DNA of 64,000 bases from NCBI RefSeq assembly GCF_009914755.1, contig NC_060936.1. One strand, given 5' to 3'. Of the stretch, positions 27,545 to 42,629 are shown piece after piece. This stretch comes from the human T2T-CHM13v2.0 reference genome, Homo sapiens. Every line of letters begins with the position of its first letter. The first letter of the stretch is position 1. The position numbers and the translations under genes were made by a program. The notes below the pieces were generated by a model, which ran no database searches, was not told the DNA's origin, and saw only the letters and a list, made by a program, of their open reading frames with translations.

Positions 27545-28207
27545 ACCTAGATTGTAATGTGGCCTCTAGACCCTAGGCAATGCTGGTCCTTAGATCAAGT
27601 GGCTTCCAGGTAAAAACCACCTTGTACTAGAATTCTTCACTGGAAGAGTTTCAGCTTATATATTTTTTCCCCTGCAGAGTTACCTTTTGCCTCTCCCATC
27701 TCCCTGACAACTATTTCAATTGCTTTTGGACATCCTGGTTAAAGTTTATATAACTCACTAATGCGAGTGCTGGTATGTTACAAAGTCTGCCTAAAACAAA
27801 CAAACTCAACAGATAAATTATAGGTGAATGAAGGAATACTTGTTGTATTTGTAAAAAGGTTTCACTACAGGATTTCTCTAAATATTTCTCTAAGGCAATT
27901 GGAATAATTCAATTAACTTAAAAAGACTTTCAGAAGGATATCCATAGTTAGTTGTAGTTAATTCTTTTCATGTTGATATTAGCACAGTGGTGATATTTTG
28001 AAATACCATTAAAACTAAGTGAGAGCTTTCCAAGTCCTCTCAATGTTTATAATTTGTCAGAATTAGATATTTCATGCAATTACTCAAAATTGTTCATGAG
28101 TATCTACCAAAAAACAGTGACAGAATACAAAACAATATGCCAACATTAACTAACATTTTTGTAGTATTTTATGTATTATTTTCACATGCAATAACTTGAC
28201 CTCTTAG

Positions 28208-28718
28208 AAATATATATTTATATATATTTATATATGTATATATATTTTTATATATAGTATAAATATATATTTATACATATTTATATACATATATAAATAT
28301 ATATTTATACTATATATAAATATACATATATTTTTATATATATATAAATATACGTATATTTATATATAAATATACGTATATTTATATATAAATATACGTA
28401 TATTTATATATAAATATACGTATATTTATATATAAATATACGTATATTTATATATAAATATACGTATATTTATATATAAATATACATGTATACATGTATA
28501 TACATGTATATTTATATATATATAAATATACATGTATATACATGTATATACATGTATATTTATATATATATAAATATACATGTACATTTATATGCATATA
28601 AATATACATATACATGTATATGTATATAAATATACATGTATATGTATATAAATATACATATACATAAATATACGTATATATTTATATATAGAGAGAGATA
28701 TATAGAGATAGATAGATT
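28208..28718. repeat. AT-rich low-complexity tract containing a 22-bp minisatellite (six units, CpG at 28353, 28375, 28397, 28419, 28441, 28463)
   Basis: Unit aaatatacgtatatttatatat counted directly; flanked by (TA)n, tatacatg and (GA)n variants. Confidence 0.97.
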
Positions 28719-28719
28719 A

Positions 28720-28849
28720 GAATATTTTTGGTAGAAGTGGGTTTTCGCCATGTTGGCCAGGCTGGATTTGAATTCCTGTGCTCCAGCAATTCATCCGCCT
28801 AAGCCTCCCAAAGTGCTAGGATGACAGGTGTGAACCACTGCACCCAGCT
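28720..28849 (-). mobile_element. Alu left monomer (FLAM/AluJ-like)
   Basis: ttttcgccatgttggccaggctgg...gcctcccaaagtgctaggatgacaggtgtgaaccactgcacccagc. Confidence 0.9.
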
Positions 28850-29261
28850 GATTTCAGGTATATTAAAAACTTGTAAGTTAATATTGACTTTTGGCAGAAT
28901 TTTAGGAAAGACTGTTAAACATACTTTTCATATAAGTTAAGATGGCTATAAGTAATAGAAATATAACTATTGTTACTTAATCCAATGATAGTTTATTTTT
29001 TAATGCAAAAAAAGAACTCTGAGGTAGTCTAGATCTTCCTGCTGACTGTATGGTGCCAAAAGTGATCTGGCTCCTCATTTGTGGTTTCTTTTTTATATTT
29101 ATAATATTGCTGCTCTACTTCCAGGCATCATGTCTATAAAAATTGCTTACCAATTCAGTGGGCCACTTTTTATCGGGAAAATAAAACAGAAGTAATCTGC
29201 TTGCATGTTGTTAGCCAAGACAATATCACATGGCCACGCTTCTGACACACATCATATCTTC

Positions 29262-29663
29262 TGAATAACAGCTCACAATTTTCTATTTCTTAACCCCTGC
29301 TTTGTCTTGACCAAACTTTAGTCAGGCTTCTCTCTTTCCCACAAGCCGCTGTACATCAGCTTGCCCCCAACCCTGAATGAGCCCTAAAATGCAGAACATG
29401 CCCCCTTATCAGTGTATCCTGGGAATTGACTGACCATAACAAGACGTATTTCTAGTCAAACCTCCAAACATGTGGTACTTACTCTCTCCTTTGCCTCACT
29501 TCCCCTCACCTACCACTCAGCCCTCCCTATAAAAGAAGAGACTTTCTTTGTGATTTTGAGATTCTTGCAGATTTCTGGAATCTGGGAGTTCTCCATTTTG
29601 CAGTAGTCTTTCTTCCAAATAAAGTCTTTCCTCATCTAAGTTTGGATTTGCTTTTATTTGTCA
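29262..29663 (+). mobile_element. ERV1-class solo LTR (MER67/MER31-like)
   Basis: cttgaccaaactttagtcaggcttc; TATA box (ccctataaaag); aataaagtctttcctc; ends ttttatttgtca. Confidence 0.75.
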
Positions 29664-29840
29664 CTTCAATTTCTGGTCTTGAGAGTAAGGAGAAAGGGGA
29701 GAATCATAATTGGATATTAAAGAGTCCACACGAAATGTCTCAGTTTGTAAGTACTTAGCAGGGTTTAAGGTGAAGCTGCCTCAAATATTTGCCAGCATTA
29801 TTAGCTAAGAAAGTCGTTTCTTCATTGGAAAGAGGCTTGA

Positions 29841-30258
<418 letters not shown>

Positions 30259-31449
30259 TTTTCATATCTCATTTTAATCAGACAGTTTATAAACAAAATT
30301 TAAATTGTACTTTAATAATGTGTAGAATTTTAATAGTTGTGATAATAGTGATAAGAATTTAGACAGAAAAATATTCAGGATTTACAGTTTATTGAGATGT
30401 TGTCTGTGGATTTTGTGTTTAACCACCAATGCTTTCTCAAGTCCCCAGATTTTATAAGGGGAACAACTAAAGTCAAGATTCCCGTATGTGTCGGCTTTGA
30501 ACCCAAAAGACACATTTAAAAAAAAAATTTATTATTTCTATTTTAGTTTAGTCTAGACTTGGCAGAACATAAAGCTAATATGTGATTTTCTCTTCTCTTG
30601 ATTCAGGATGCAGTGTGATAAAACTCTTATCTTGAGCTAATCAAAAATAATCTAAGTCATCCAAAAGTGTCAAATATCTAATAATATTTGGAAATAGGGT
30701 GAGAAAATAATCCCTCACTAATTATGGAAAAATAATCCTGCCTTATGGATACTTTGAAAGGTTCTAATACTATATTCAGATAGAAAATATATATGATTCA
30801 ATGTCTTAGATGTGAATCCAATATTCAAGAATATAACTGACTGCTAAAGAAAATACATTAACATACTTGAAAAATATTATTTTCCTTAAAATTAACCTCA
30901 CTTTGCTTGATAGATATTTTTTAGTCATGTTAGCTTATGGCTCTATTTAATTGCTTTCCAAATGACTGAAAAAATATTGGTCCCGATTTTATATACCTAT
31001 CTTGATATGTATATGTTGACATAATTATGTTAATAAAAAGGGGAGCAGAAAATTATTCTGGTAATTTTTAAGGATTTTAATCTCACTGTACGATTCTCCT
31101 TGTATACTTTTAAACAGACTTTAGTATTTCCTTGTCAAACAGCAAATGTTTTTAGTCAGATACTCTACATGAAAAACTTTGGCTTTGGTTCGAAAGAATT
31201 AATACTTGTGTCAAACTTTTACTTATGAAAAAGCATTAAGAAGTTTATTTCATTGATTCATGAAGGAAGATGTATTTTTCTCTGCAGAAAAACACAGTTC
31301 TTTGTATTGATTTGTCTTTGTTTTGAAAAGTTAAAGAAAATACAGGAGAGTACAGTAAATATGACAAATACCGGTGTACCCACCACACAGAATTGGCCAA
31401 TATTGACATGCTATTGTTTTGCTTTATGTATAAATATGAATCTGAATCT

Positions 31450-32250
31450 AATGTATTTCCCCAGTTTTTTACATTTTGTGTCCTTTAATAACATCTTACA
31501 ATTTTTTCTTTGGTGGTCTCACAGTTTTTGTTAGCTTTATTCCTAAAGGTACTACAGATAAATCTAATTTTCATTGCTATTGTGAATGTGTGCATTTTGA
31601 ATAGCATTTTCAATATGTTGGGTTTCTTTTTTTTTTTTGGAGATGGAGTCTGGCTCTGTCGCCTGGGCTGGAGTGCAGTGGCGCGATCTCGGCTTCCTGC
31701 AAGCTCCGCCTCCTAGGTTCACGCCATTCTGCCTCAGTCTCCCGGGTAGCTGGGACTACAGGCACCTGCCACCACGCCCGGCTAATTTTTTTGTATTTTT
31801 AATACAGACGGGGTTTCACCGTGTTGGCCAGGATGGTCTTGATCTCCTGACCTCGTGATCCGCCCGCCTCGGCCTCCCAAAGTGCTGGGATTACAGGCAT
31901 GAGCCACTGCTCCCAGCCAGTATGTTGGGTTTTTTATACAGCAAAAGTACTAAGCTCTTTTAGGTTGAATGCCGTCTATAATTATTTTAGATTTTCTATG
32001 TAAATAAAAACTATTTTGTTAATTATTTTACAATTTGTATGGATAACTTTTATTTTTCTTGAATTACATTATTGACCAGGACATTTAATGCAATGTGCAA
32101 TAATTGAATGATAATAAAACACTTGTTTCATTTATGACATTAGTGGGAATAGTTCTTATATTTTACTTTTAAGAATAATATTTCTATGGATTTTTAGTAA
32201 CATTTTATCAAATGAAGATGTTCCTTTTGACACCCAATTTGTTAAGAACT
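31450..32250 (-). mobile_element. Ancient L1M fragment (interrupted by AluY; continues after the L1PA at 33494)
   Basis: ttttgttagctttattcctaa, ttgctattgtgaatg, tattgaccaggacatttaatgcaatg. Confidence 0.6.
31624..31918 (-). mobile_element. AluY, full length
   Basis: caagctccgcc, acgccattct, caccgtgtt..ccaggatggtcttgatctcctgacctcgtgatcc; TSD a(a/g)tatgttgggttt. Confidence 0.96.
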
Positions 32251-33505
<1,255 letters not shown>

Positions 33506-33859
33506 TCAGATTTTTCTAATGATTTTTTCTCTGCCCAATTTTTTAAAATCATGCATTGATTCAGTTTAATGGATTAACATTTTATATGGATTTGCTAATT
33601 TAAACAAATGATGTACTATTCTTGCAATCTTAGAATAAAGACTTTTTTGGTATTTTTGAGGTTTTTTAAAATATTACATTGTATTGAATTTGCTTTTTAT
33701 GTTTTTAAAATTTTTATTTCATCTTTTTAAAGGTGATATTTAACGATGATTTAATTTTTATACTGTTGCTGTCTAATTTTATCACATATGTTAGGTTCAT
33801 AAGATTAAAATAGTTTTCCATAATTTTCTTACCTCTAAACTGTACTGGAGTTGTTCCAT

Positions 33860-34210
33860 GGACCTGAAGTTTTAGTTGTGCTAGGCGAATAAGTTTTGGA
33901 AATCTGCTGTACAACATAGTGCCTTCGGTTTACAATGAAGTGCTTTAGCACACTTCAAAGTTTGTTAATTTTGAATGTCAAAGTATCCTTAGAACAAAAC
34001 ATTCACAAAAACACAAGTGTTTTTTTACCATGAAAACAAAGACAAAGGGACACAAGAAATCTCTAGAAAGTATTGGATATATTCATGACCTGGACTGTAG
34101 TGATGGTATCACAGGAGTTTGTATATGTCCAAATTCACTAAATTGTACACATTAGGCATTGCATGTGCAGTTTTTGTATGTCAATTATACCTCCATAAAC
34201 ATGTTAAAAA
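33860..34210 (+). mobile_element. L1MB-type 3' end
   Basis: aataagttttggaaatctgctgtacaacatagtgcc...gtgatggtatcacagg...tatgtcaattatacctc. Confidence 0.8.
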
Positions 34211-35129
34211 TTTGTTTTGGTGATAGTAGGGTTATTTGTGCCTTTTAAGATATGGTAAAACTTACCTAAGAAATGATCTGGGTCTGTGGCCTATGTTAGA
34301 GAAAGTTTTTTATTCTCCAAGTGATACAATGTTTCAGAGAATACTAGTATATTCAGTTTTTCTATTTTCTAAATCAGTTTTGGTAACTTATTTTTATTCT
34401 ACAAAATTGCCTGCTCTTATGTTTTCAGTTATATTGGCATAAAGTTATTTTTAATACATTTATATAATTTAAAAATCCCTAATATACTGTCATTGCATTG
34501 ACCCTTTAAATTGCTAATACCATTTTAGTCTTACTAGAGGAACCCAAGTCTAAGATTGTTACACGTGAAATTCTTCTAATTACAATAATTATTTCAGGAA
34601 TGGACACATACCCTAATGTACAGCAATGATTAAGGGAGAGAAGTTTTCTGGAGCTTCTGGAAATTGTGGCCTTTCCTATAAGAGATAGACACAAAAGGAG
34701 ACGGACTCTTTTCTCTGAGCATTTTTTAGTACAAATCTGTGCCCCCAACCTACACTAACTTTATTCATACCATCCTAATTAGAAAAGCCACCCCAAAAAG
34801 ATTTTTAAAGATAGGTATAATTTAGGGAGATTTAACTTCAGTTACTAGATTAAATCAAAGATCTGACTTTGAACTCTAAGATAGATAGGTCAAAAAGTTA
34901 TTTATCATTTGAGCTATTTTGTGGTAGGTTTTTGCTTAAATTCTAACTGTTGCATCTATATTATTTCCTTTCTTATATGTTCTTTAGGTTTACTTTATAT
35001 TTTTGTCCTCAGACTTCTTTGGTAGTGTTTCCACATAGTTCATTGTCTATATAATAAATGTGTACTGAGAAATTGGTCAGTAAATGTTTTTCATGAGAAT
35101 GAAGAAGACCATTATTTCTACCTCTCTTT

Positions 35130-36310
35130 ATTGCCCACATATTTGTAAGTTCTACTTCAATACCTCTCAAAGCCACTGGCTATTCTCCCTTCTAGTTGAG
35201 GCCATCGCAATCTCTAGTTTGATTGATTGTAAACTCACAAATTCCTTGACTCCAAGATAGCTACCCTCCTTTCCATTATCAATGCTGCAGCTAGACAAAT
35301 TGTTCTGAAGTACATATATGTATCTGCTACTTTTCTGCTTAAAATCTTTTAAAGACCAAGTTGTCAGGGAATTGGATTGAAAATAAGAGAAACCAACTCT
35401 GGCTAACTTGAGCAGAAATGGAATTCATTTTAAGAATATCGAACAGTTGATACAATCAAGGCTCAGAAAATGTGTGGAACGAAAGGAATACAAGGTGGAG
35501 TCATGACTATGTCACAGGCACAGTCTTCCCGGATTGACTGAGTTTTGACCTATTGTAGGACACTAGCTATTCAGGGTTTAGGAGAGGGAATATCTGCCTA
35601 CTGTTCATGTTAGACATAAGAATCCTTGATTTGTCAATATGGCAAATAAAAATTAACAGGTACTCATTTTCTCCAGTCCAAACTCCACGATGTGGCTTAT
35701 AGAAGAAATGTATTGAATTACCCATGTTTTTCTTTCTTCTGGAATGTTCTTCTAGCTGACTGTCACTCATCTTCCAGTTCTGAACTTAGAATTCACTTCC
35801 TCTACTGTAAGCTTTCCCTATCCTTTGTATTCAGGTTGGGTGTTCTATGTTCTCGTAAAACAAACTGCAGTTAAAATGCCTTATTAGCCGGGTGTGGTGG
35901 CTTATGTCTGTAATCCCAGCACTTTGGGAGGCTGAGGAGGGTGAATCATTTGAGGTCAGGAGTTCAAGACCAGCCTGGCCAACAGGGTGAAACCCCGTCT
36001 CTACTAAAAATACAAAAACTAGCCGGGCATGGTGGCAGGCACCTGTAATCCTAGCTACTCAGGAGGCTGAGGGAGGAGAATTGCTTGAACCCAGAAGGCA
36101 GAGGTTGCAGTGAGCTGAGATTGCACCACTGCACTCCAGACTAGGTGACAGTGCAAGACTTTGTCTCAAAAAAAAAGTCTTATTTTATGTATTTTATTCT
36201 TTCACTGGACTTGATACTCTCCTCTATTCTGCCTCATTTTATTCTTTGCACATAAAATGGTACGTGGCACAAGTAGACACTGAATAAACATGTATTGAAT
36301 GAATAAATGT
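35130..36310 (+). mobile_element. L2 fragments (interrupted by an old LTR piece and an Alu)
   Basis: ctgcttaaaatcttt; 3' end ggcacaagtagacactgaataaacatgtattgaatgaataaatg. Confidence 0.55.
35887..36176 (+). mobile_element. AluSx-like, full length
   Basis: gccgggtgtggtggc...tgaggtcaggagttcaagaccagcctggcc...gtctcaaaaaaaaa; imperfect TSD aaa..g(c/t)cttatt. Confidence 0.96.
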
Positions 36311-36327
36311 GCAGACATTTAATGGAA

Positions 36328-36428
36328 TTCTTAGAAAAAATCTGGTATATAATAATGCTATATATTCTTGTTATTTTCTTAGAAAAACTCTGGTATATAA
36401 TAATGCTATATTTTCCTGTTATTTTCTT
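36328..36428. repeat. 48-bp tandem duplication (~2.1 copies, 3 mismatches)
   Basis: ttcttagaaaaa(a/c)tctggtatataataatgctatat(a/t)ttc(t/c)tgttattt repeated. Confidence 0.95.
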
Positions 36429-37789
36429 TTTTCTCATTGCTAAAGTAGAGTGTTCTTTGAGATTTGTTGACAGTAAGACTTGGATTCTGATGTGCTAGAG
36501 GTGAACCTAGGGCATAAATCCTGACAGCCTTTGATACTGACTGCTCTTTTACTACAGTAATAATTATATTTTGGTAATGCCTCTTAGGATTTCACTTTCC
36601 ATTTGGCTGGAAAACCTACTGTGAGCTCAGGATGTAGCTGTAGTGCTTGATAGTATACATAATGTAACAGTCTTTGTTCTCTGAAATTATAGCTCCTCCT
36701 GGTGTACTGGTGGGGGGTCCCACTAATTGTGTACAGATTTCTCTAAATTTATCATTTCGATCCCAACATGTTTTGTCTGATTCACTGATAAATGATAGCC
36801 TTTTAAAATCTTAATACATGAACATTCAACTCTTTTAAAAGTGAATTAATTGGAATATTTCTTAGTCAAAAGCTATTATTTTTAAAATAGCACTTTTTTT
36901 CTATAACTTTGAGTGTCAGCTGTCTAGTGAATAATTATGTCATCTATTTGTTCAGCCAAGTTTCACTTAATAGGCATAGATTGGAACAGGCATGGAATAG
37001 GCACACACAAATGATACCAAGATAAATAAGATCCAATTTGTTCGTTGAAGGAGGTTACAATGTAGTGAAGGAGACAGATACATAAACCATTTATTCTAAA
37101 ACGAACCAACAAACAAAACTATGAGTAAAGAAGCACCAAGGAAGTGCTTATCTTATCTTATTGCAAGATAAGAGAAAGTGGCAGTTCTGTTTTTGTGATC
37201 ATCAAAGATGGATAATTAAAAATAGAGGGCAGTTAAAACAAATTCCTTTGTTCCTTAAGTTGCCTAGTGCAAAAGAGATGAGACATAGAGCATTAGTGAA
37301 AACAAATTATCATTTGTATTTACCTGTGGAAATCTGATTATACTTGTGAAAGCTTTTACCTAGAGGGACCTAGAAAACATAATACATTTAAATTTACAGT
37401 GATTTATGGTGACCAAGGACATAATTTCTAAAGTAATTTAGTAATTACAGGTATTACTTTAGAGCCATTAGGCATTAACTTGAGTAATTATGGAAGAAAG
37501 AGTTTCCTGAGAATGAGTAAAGATCCCTATATTTCCTTATTTAAAAATGGTTTAAAAAAGAAAAAAAAAACAAAATGACTTGTGTTAATGGATGTATTAA
37601 TCAGAATGACTAGTAAAATTGAATGAGAATGATCAGAAAAATTGCTACGAAGCAACATTTTTATTATGCTAAAACTATAACATTTTAGAGTATATACAAC
37701 TTAAACATCAAATATCTCATTTATTCAATGTTTATTTTATAACAATTTTTATGAATGCTGTTTCAAACTGTATTGTTTATCTATAATTC

Positions 37790-38153
37790 TTCCTTTCATC
37801 CCCTCCCTTTCATGATTCGTTGTGGGCTAGTTACTTCCATGTCCCGTTGACTTTGGGCTTTGACAATAGAATGAAGGTACAGTGAGAACATGCCAGTTCT
37901 GAGTTGAAATCTCAAGAAGCATTAAATACTTTTGCTTAAGTTTTTTGGAGATTCTTCCATCTGAAATGAAAAGCATTTTCTATGGGTATTAGTGGACTAG
38001 GATAAGAAACACAAGGTTTTGGACATGATCTCCAGTCCAAAGCAGGGCTTTTTCTTGCCAACTTAAAGACCTGAAAGCATGGAAAGTTGTTTTAAGCCAT
38101 GGAGGTTTGGGGGTAGCTGTATGATCTATGTCAGTAGAAACCTGACAAATGCA
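37790..38153 (+). mobile_element. MLT1J-like MaLR LTR
   Basis: ttgactttgggctttgacaatagaatga...tgccagttctgag...ttttaagccatggaggtttggggg. Confidence 0.7.
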
Positions 38154-38264
38154 GATAGTTATTTCACTGCCTCTCAAATCTATCTTTGCATGAGGAAAAT
38201 GAAGAGAAAAAATTACAATAACACTTTCTCTGTGGTAGACACTGTTTTAGATATGTAATATGTA

Positions 38265-38490
38265 TTGTATAGTTTAGTGATTAAAATCTCAGTTTAATTC
38301 CCAGCTTCATCACTTACTATCTATATGTCCTTAGAAAAGTTACTTAATATCTTAATGCCTAGTTTCTCTTTATTAAATAGAAAAAATAGACTCTATCTTA
38401 CTGGCTTTTATTAGGGTTTCTATGAAATAAAACAAGGCAACTATTTGCCAATTACATAATAAGTACTCACCAACTAGTAGCAAATACTAC
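38265..38490 (+). mobile_element. MIR SINE
   Basis: tttaattcccagcttcatcacttactatctatatgtccttagaaaagttacttaat. Confidence 0.7.
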
Positions 38491-38877
38491 GTTAATACTC
38501 TATCACAGGCCAGTAAGGCAAGTTTTATTAAATCATTTTTAAAGATTTACAAAATAAGGTTTAGTAATATTAACTATTCTTGTATTATTTTGGACTCATT
38601 TTTGCTTAATAATAAGGTTTATACTTGTTATGCAGACCTGTGAGTTGGATATATCTTTCTCCTACAGATCCTACATTTAAAAAAATCTTTTAGGGTTTTT
38701 TTTTTTAAAAATTCTGGTTGTTTTGAGACAAATGTTTCTAATTATACCAATATGCTCTAAAATATGTGGAAAAAACTAAAGAATGATGAAAATTTCATAT
38801 GAGGAAGTGTAAAAGGAAATAACATTTAATTTGAAGAAATAGAGGGAAGGGAAAATGTGGATTCTCTTTCTGATTAT

Positions 38878-39722
38878 ATAAAACAAGTTAAGAAACTTTT
38901 GTATTTTTGTAAACATACAAAAGTAAAGAGCATCATAAACCCAATATGCCCATAACTCAACTTTAGCAATTATCAATATTTTGAAAACATTTATAAATTC
39001 AGAGGCTAATCACAAGATGTAATAAAATGAGTTAATTACACAAGTTATAAAAAGGTAAGTTATCTATTGCTATAGAGCAAATTGCCGCAAAACTTAGTGG
39101 TCTAAAACAATTATTATCTCACAATTTCCCTGGGTGTAAGATCTAAGTTTAACTTTGCTGAGTGCCTCTGCTTCAAGGTCTCTCAGGATATTTTGGTCAG
39201 CCTGCTAGACAGACTTGTGGTCTCCTCTGAAGGTTCAAGTGGGAGAAGATTTACTTCCAAACTCACTAACATGGTTATTGGTGTAGGGGTTAAAGAGGAA
39301 AGAAACATAAAAAGCGGCTCAACAGTTAAAGACAGGTTTATTTTGGATAACAAACCTGAGAGGGGCTTCTGGCCGATTTTGGTCAGGAGTGCTGTCTCTT
39401 ACAGACTAAGGGTGTTTACTGGTTTTAGGGTGACAATGCTTATCATGGACTTCGAATGTTTCTGTGTGGGAGAAAAGTTTATTGCAGGGTTGGAATGTCT
39501 CTGGTCGGAGGGGAGTTTATCTTGGGGCTGACATCTCTCTGGCAGGAGGGGAGGTTATCTCAGAGGAGGTCATTTTATTACATCTTGTGATTAGCCTCTG
39601 AATTTATAAATGTTTTCAAAATATTGATAATTGCTAAAGTTGGGTTACGGGTATATTGGGTGTATGATGTTCTTTACTTTTGTATGTTTACAAAAATGCA
39701 AAAGTTTCTTAACTTGTTTTAT
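38878..39722. repeat. Inverted repeat pair: 39570-39722 = reverse complement of 38878-39030
   Basis: 153 bp, about 6 substitutions and no indels by direct comparison. Confidence 0.96.
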
Positions 39723-40295
39723 GTCTCTGGTTAGGGGCGGGGTTTATCTTAGGGTTGGAATGTTTCTGGTCAGAGATGTCATTTGTGGCTTATGGTCATG
39801 CTAACCTTAGCCATTAGGCTGATGCCCTTTGGATTTAGGCAGTTTTTGATCAAGGTGAACTTTAAAATGGTGGTGCTTGTCCAAGATGGCAATGCTCCTT
39901 CTCTGTCAATTGGTAGGATTCGTTCCTCAGAGTATTCAATTGCTTGATGGCTGTTGGTAGGAGACAGTTCTCATTTCCTTAGTTTCTTACCATTCTCTGG
40001 CTAGAGACCTTCCTCATTTCCTTGCCACCTAGCTTTCTCCATAGTGCAGCTTGCAACATGGAAACTGGCTGCCCTCAGAACGAAGGAGTAAAAGAACAAG
40101 AGAAAACAAGCACCCAATATGGAAGCTATAGACTTTTTTAGAACCTAATCTCAGAAAGGACCTTCTCAATACTTTTCCTATTTTCTATTTGTTAGAAATG
40201 ATTCAATAAGTCTAGTTCACACTCAAGGGAAGAGACACCAAGGTATAGAGACCAAGAAGCAGGATGTTGGCAGTCAACAGAGGCTGCCATCTACA
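39052..40295 (-). mobile_element. MLT1F-like MaLR LTR split by an ERV1 LTR
   Basis: tatctattgc...aaacttagtggtctaaaacaa...acttccaaactcact | ...gaacctaatctcagaa...cacactcaaggg...gaggctgccatctaca. Confidence 0.85.
39282..39908 (-). mobile_element. ERV1 solo LTR (LTR19A-like) with 5-bp TSD attgg, interrupted by the 153-bp inverted insert
   Basis: Reverse complement starts tgacagagaaggagcattgccatcttggacaagcacc; aaacctgagaggggcttctggccga; TSD at 39277-39281 and 39909-39913. Confidence 0.88.
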
Positions 40296-42629
40296 GTTTA
40301 GGAATCATGTTAAAGTAGATGTTGTCTAATAAACCAGTTTTACAAATTCATGGAATGGGCATTAAGCAAGATTCTCCTCTGACCTATATAAAGAACTGTA
40401 TGGTTGACAGATGCAACGGTGCTCTGGGCCTGGTTGTGGAATTACAGTCACAAAACTCTCTGTAAGTACATGATTATCATTAGTCAACTAAATTAGTGTT
40501 TTTCAATCAAGGATCCATAAAATGCTGTGCTTTAAATAAATACTTTTAGCAAATACTAGAAGCAAAATTCTTTGCTTTTAGAAACATGAGGGTAGATAGT
40601 CTACTGGAATTGGGAAATTAGATCATACATATGATTATAAAATTTGAAATATGATCCAGGTAAGAAAAATTATGATTCATAAAATCTATTCTTTTATTGG
40701 CCTTTTAGACAGTTGCATCCAAGAAAATCTTGTTAAATGAATCTCTAGATGAATGAATAAATGAAACTTATTTGCCTATTATGCATGCCAATAGGATGAA
40801 TATCATTTAGAATTCTTATCTCTGGCATCAGTCATCTGAAGAATGAGGTTTTTATTGAATTGAAACTAATTCTAGCTGCTATGTACTCTTACAAATTTTG
40901 CAGGGACTGGAATATCTAGTAATTGGCCCTGAGGTTTTTTTTTTTCTTTTTAAGTATTTTTCTTTAAAATAAATACAGATTTTTCTATCTGCATTCCTAT
41001 AAATCATCTTTCAAATTTATTGACATTTTGGTTGCATTTGAATAACAAAAAAATTTTCCTTGAATTGTGAATGGATAAGTTTGCATCCAGGCCTCAGAGC
41101 ATAGAAGTAATTATTCTATTACATGTTTTCCCAATGATCGATGACATTGTGAAGTTAGATTTTCACTTTCCAGTGCAAAATCAATTTTTCAACTAGGGTA
41201 ACCTGCAACTATAATGAGTTTGGAAAAATCTTTTCTGGTTTCATGCTGAGATTCCATTAGCTGCATTTAGAGATTGCTATATACACAGATGCACAGTACC
41301 AATGGAATGCTGCTTTTTGTAGTTGCCCCAAAGCATTTAGTGGCATAAAGTTTGAATGGGTGTCCTGAAATTACAGCCTTTGGAGAGCCTTAAGAGGCTA
41401 GGAACAAATGTTTTAGTGTCAATTAATGTAGATGTATTAAAATCTGTAAGCTTATTTCTCCAGAGTAAATATTTTGCTTGAGGAACTTCCAGAAATAATA
41501 GGCTATGGATTCTCCAACTAAAAGTGCTCCTAAAATGTTTACGTGGAAAGGAAGCTAACACATTAGTGGGGGGTTTTTTTTTAATATATTCAACAAAGCC
41601 CAAGCAAAATATATGTAGCACACTTCCAAAACTAAAGAGAAATTAACATTAAATTTTATTTGAAAGTTGCAATACGTTAATAGAAATAATTTGATTTATA
41701 TTGTAGCAGTGTGAATTGCTTCACTTAATAAATATTCAAAACTGAGTCAATCAAGAGTTTTAAAGTAATATTGACAGTAACATTTATAATTCCCATGAAA
41801 AATATTCAAGGAGTGAAATCTCAAATATCTATGGTTATGATAAAATAATTTTATACAATATTTTTTCAATCTCTTTTCTAGCCTATATCTTTTTGGCTGT
41901 GTCCACATAACACTGAAATGTGTTTCAAAGCAAAATACTTCATCAATGTAACCCATTGCTTATGTAATGACAAAGGATCCACGGATATTTTCCACAAAAT
42001 TTCTTGAAATCACCACTATTCATTCCATATATTCACACTGAGAATGTTTACAAAATTCTTCCAAAGTTGACAAAAGGGAAGTCAATTTAGTACCTCTTGG
42101 CAAAAATATAATCTAGTGCGAAGCATGCAGTGTAAAGGGAAACTTGTGAAGAAATAATGTTAAAATATCCAGAGGCGAGAGCAGAGAGAAAATTGTATAT
42201 GACCTTGCATTATCCATCCAACCATAGCAGGGCTGGACAAAATGCCATTGACATTTCCCACTGGATACAACTTCATCATATTACCTATTAGGGAGGTGAC
42301 AGACTTTCTACTTATGGCGCCCTTGTGAGAAACCCCCTAGGGTATTAAATTCAGTCCAGGACAACTTCATACTAGAGAAACAGAAAGACTGAAGGGGGTT
42401 TCAAGAAAAAGAACATATTATAGGAAATATCATAGAATCATAGGGCTGAAAGAGTCCCCAGAAAGTCATCTAATCTCCCAGCCTGCCTCTGGGCATGATT
42501 TAAACCATTGAATCTCCTTTGAGAAAGGAAACTGTACAGAATTTCTACTGTTTTAATATCTCAGATATATATTTGGGACATTTAACCTAGACTCATCAGA
42601 CCATAACTCTTGCTGTAAACTTTTTTCTT

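Noticed and set aside
28330-28480. 22-bp palindromic repeats as a CRISPR-like array
   Set aside because: No unique spacers; eukaryotic low-complexity minisatellite
42329-42402. 10-bp inverted repeat gaaaccccct/agggggtttc with an inner ttcagtc/gactgaa pair
   Set aside because: Asymmetric and short; no TSD or family support for a MITE
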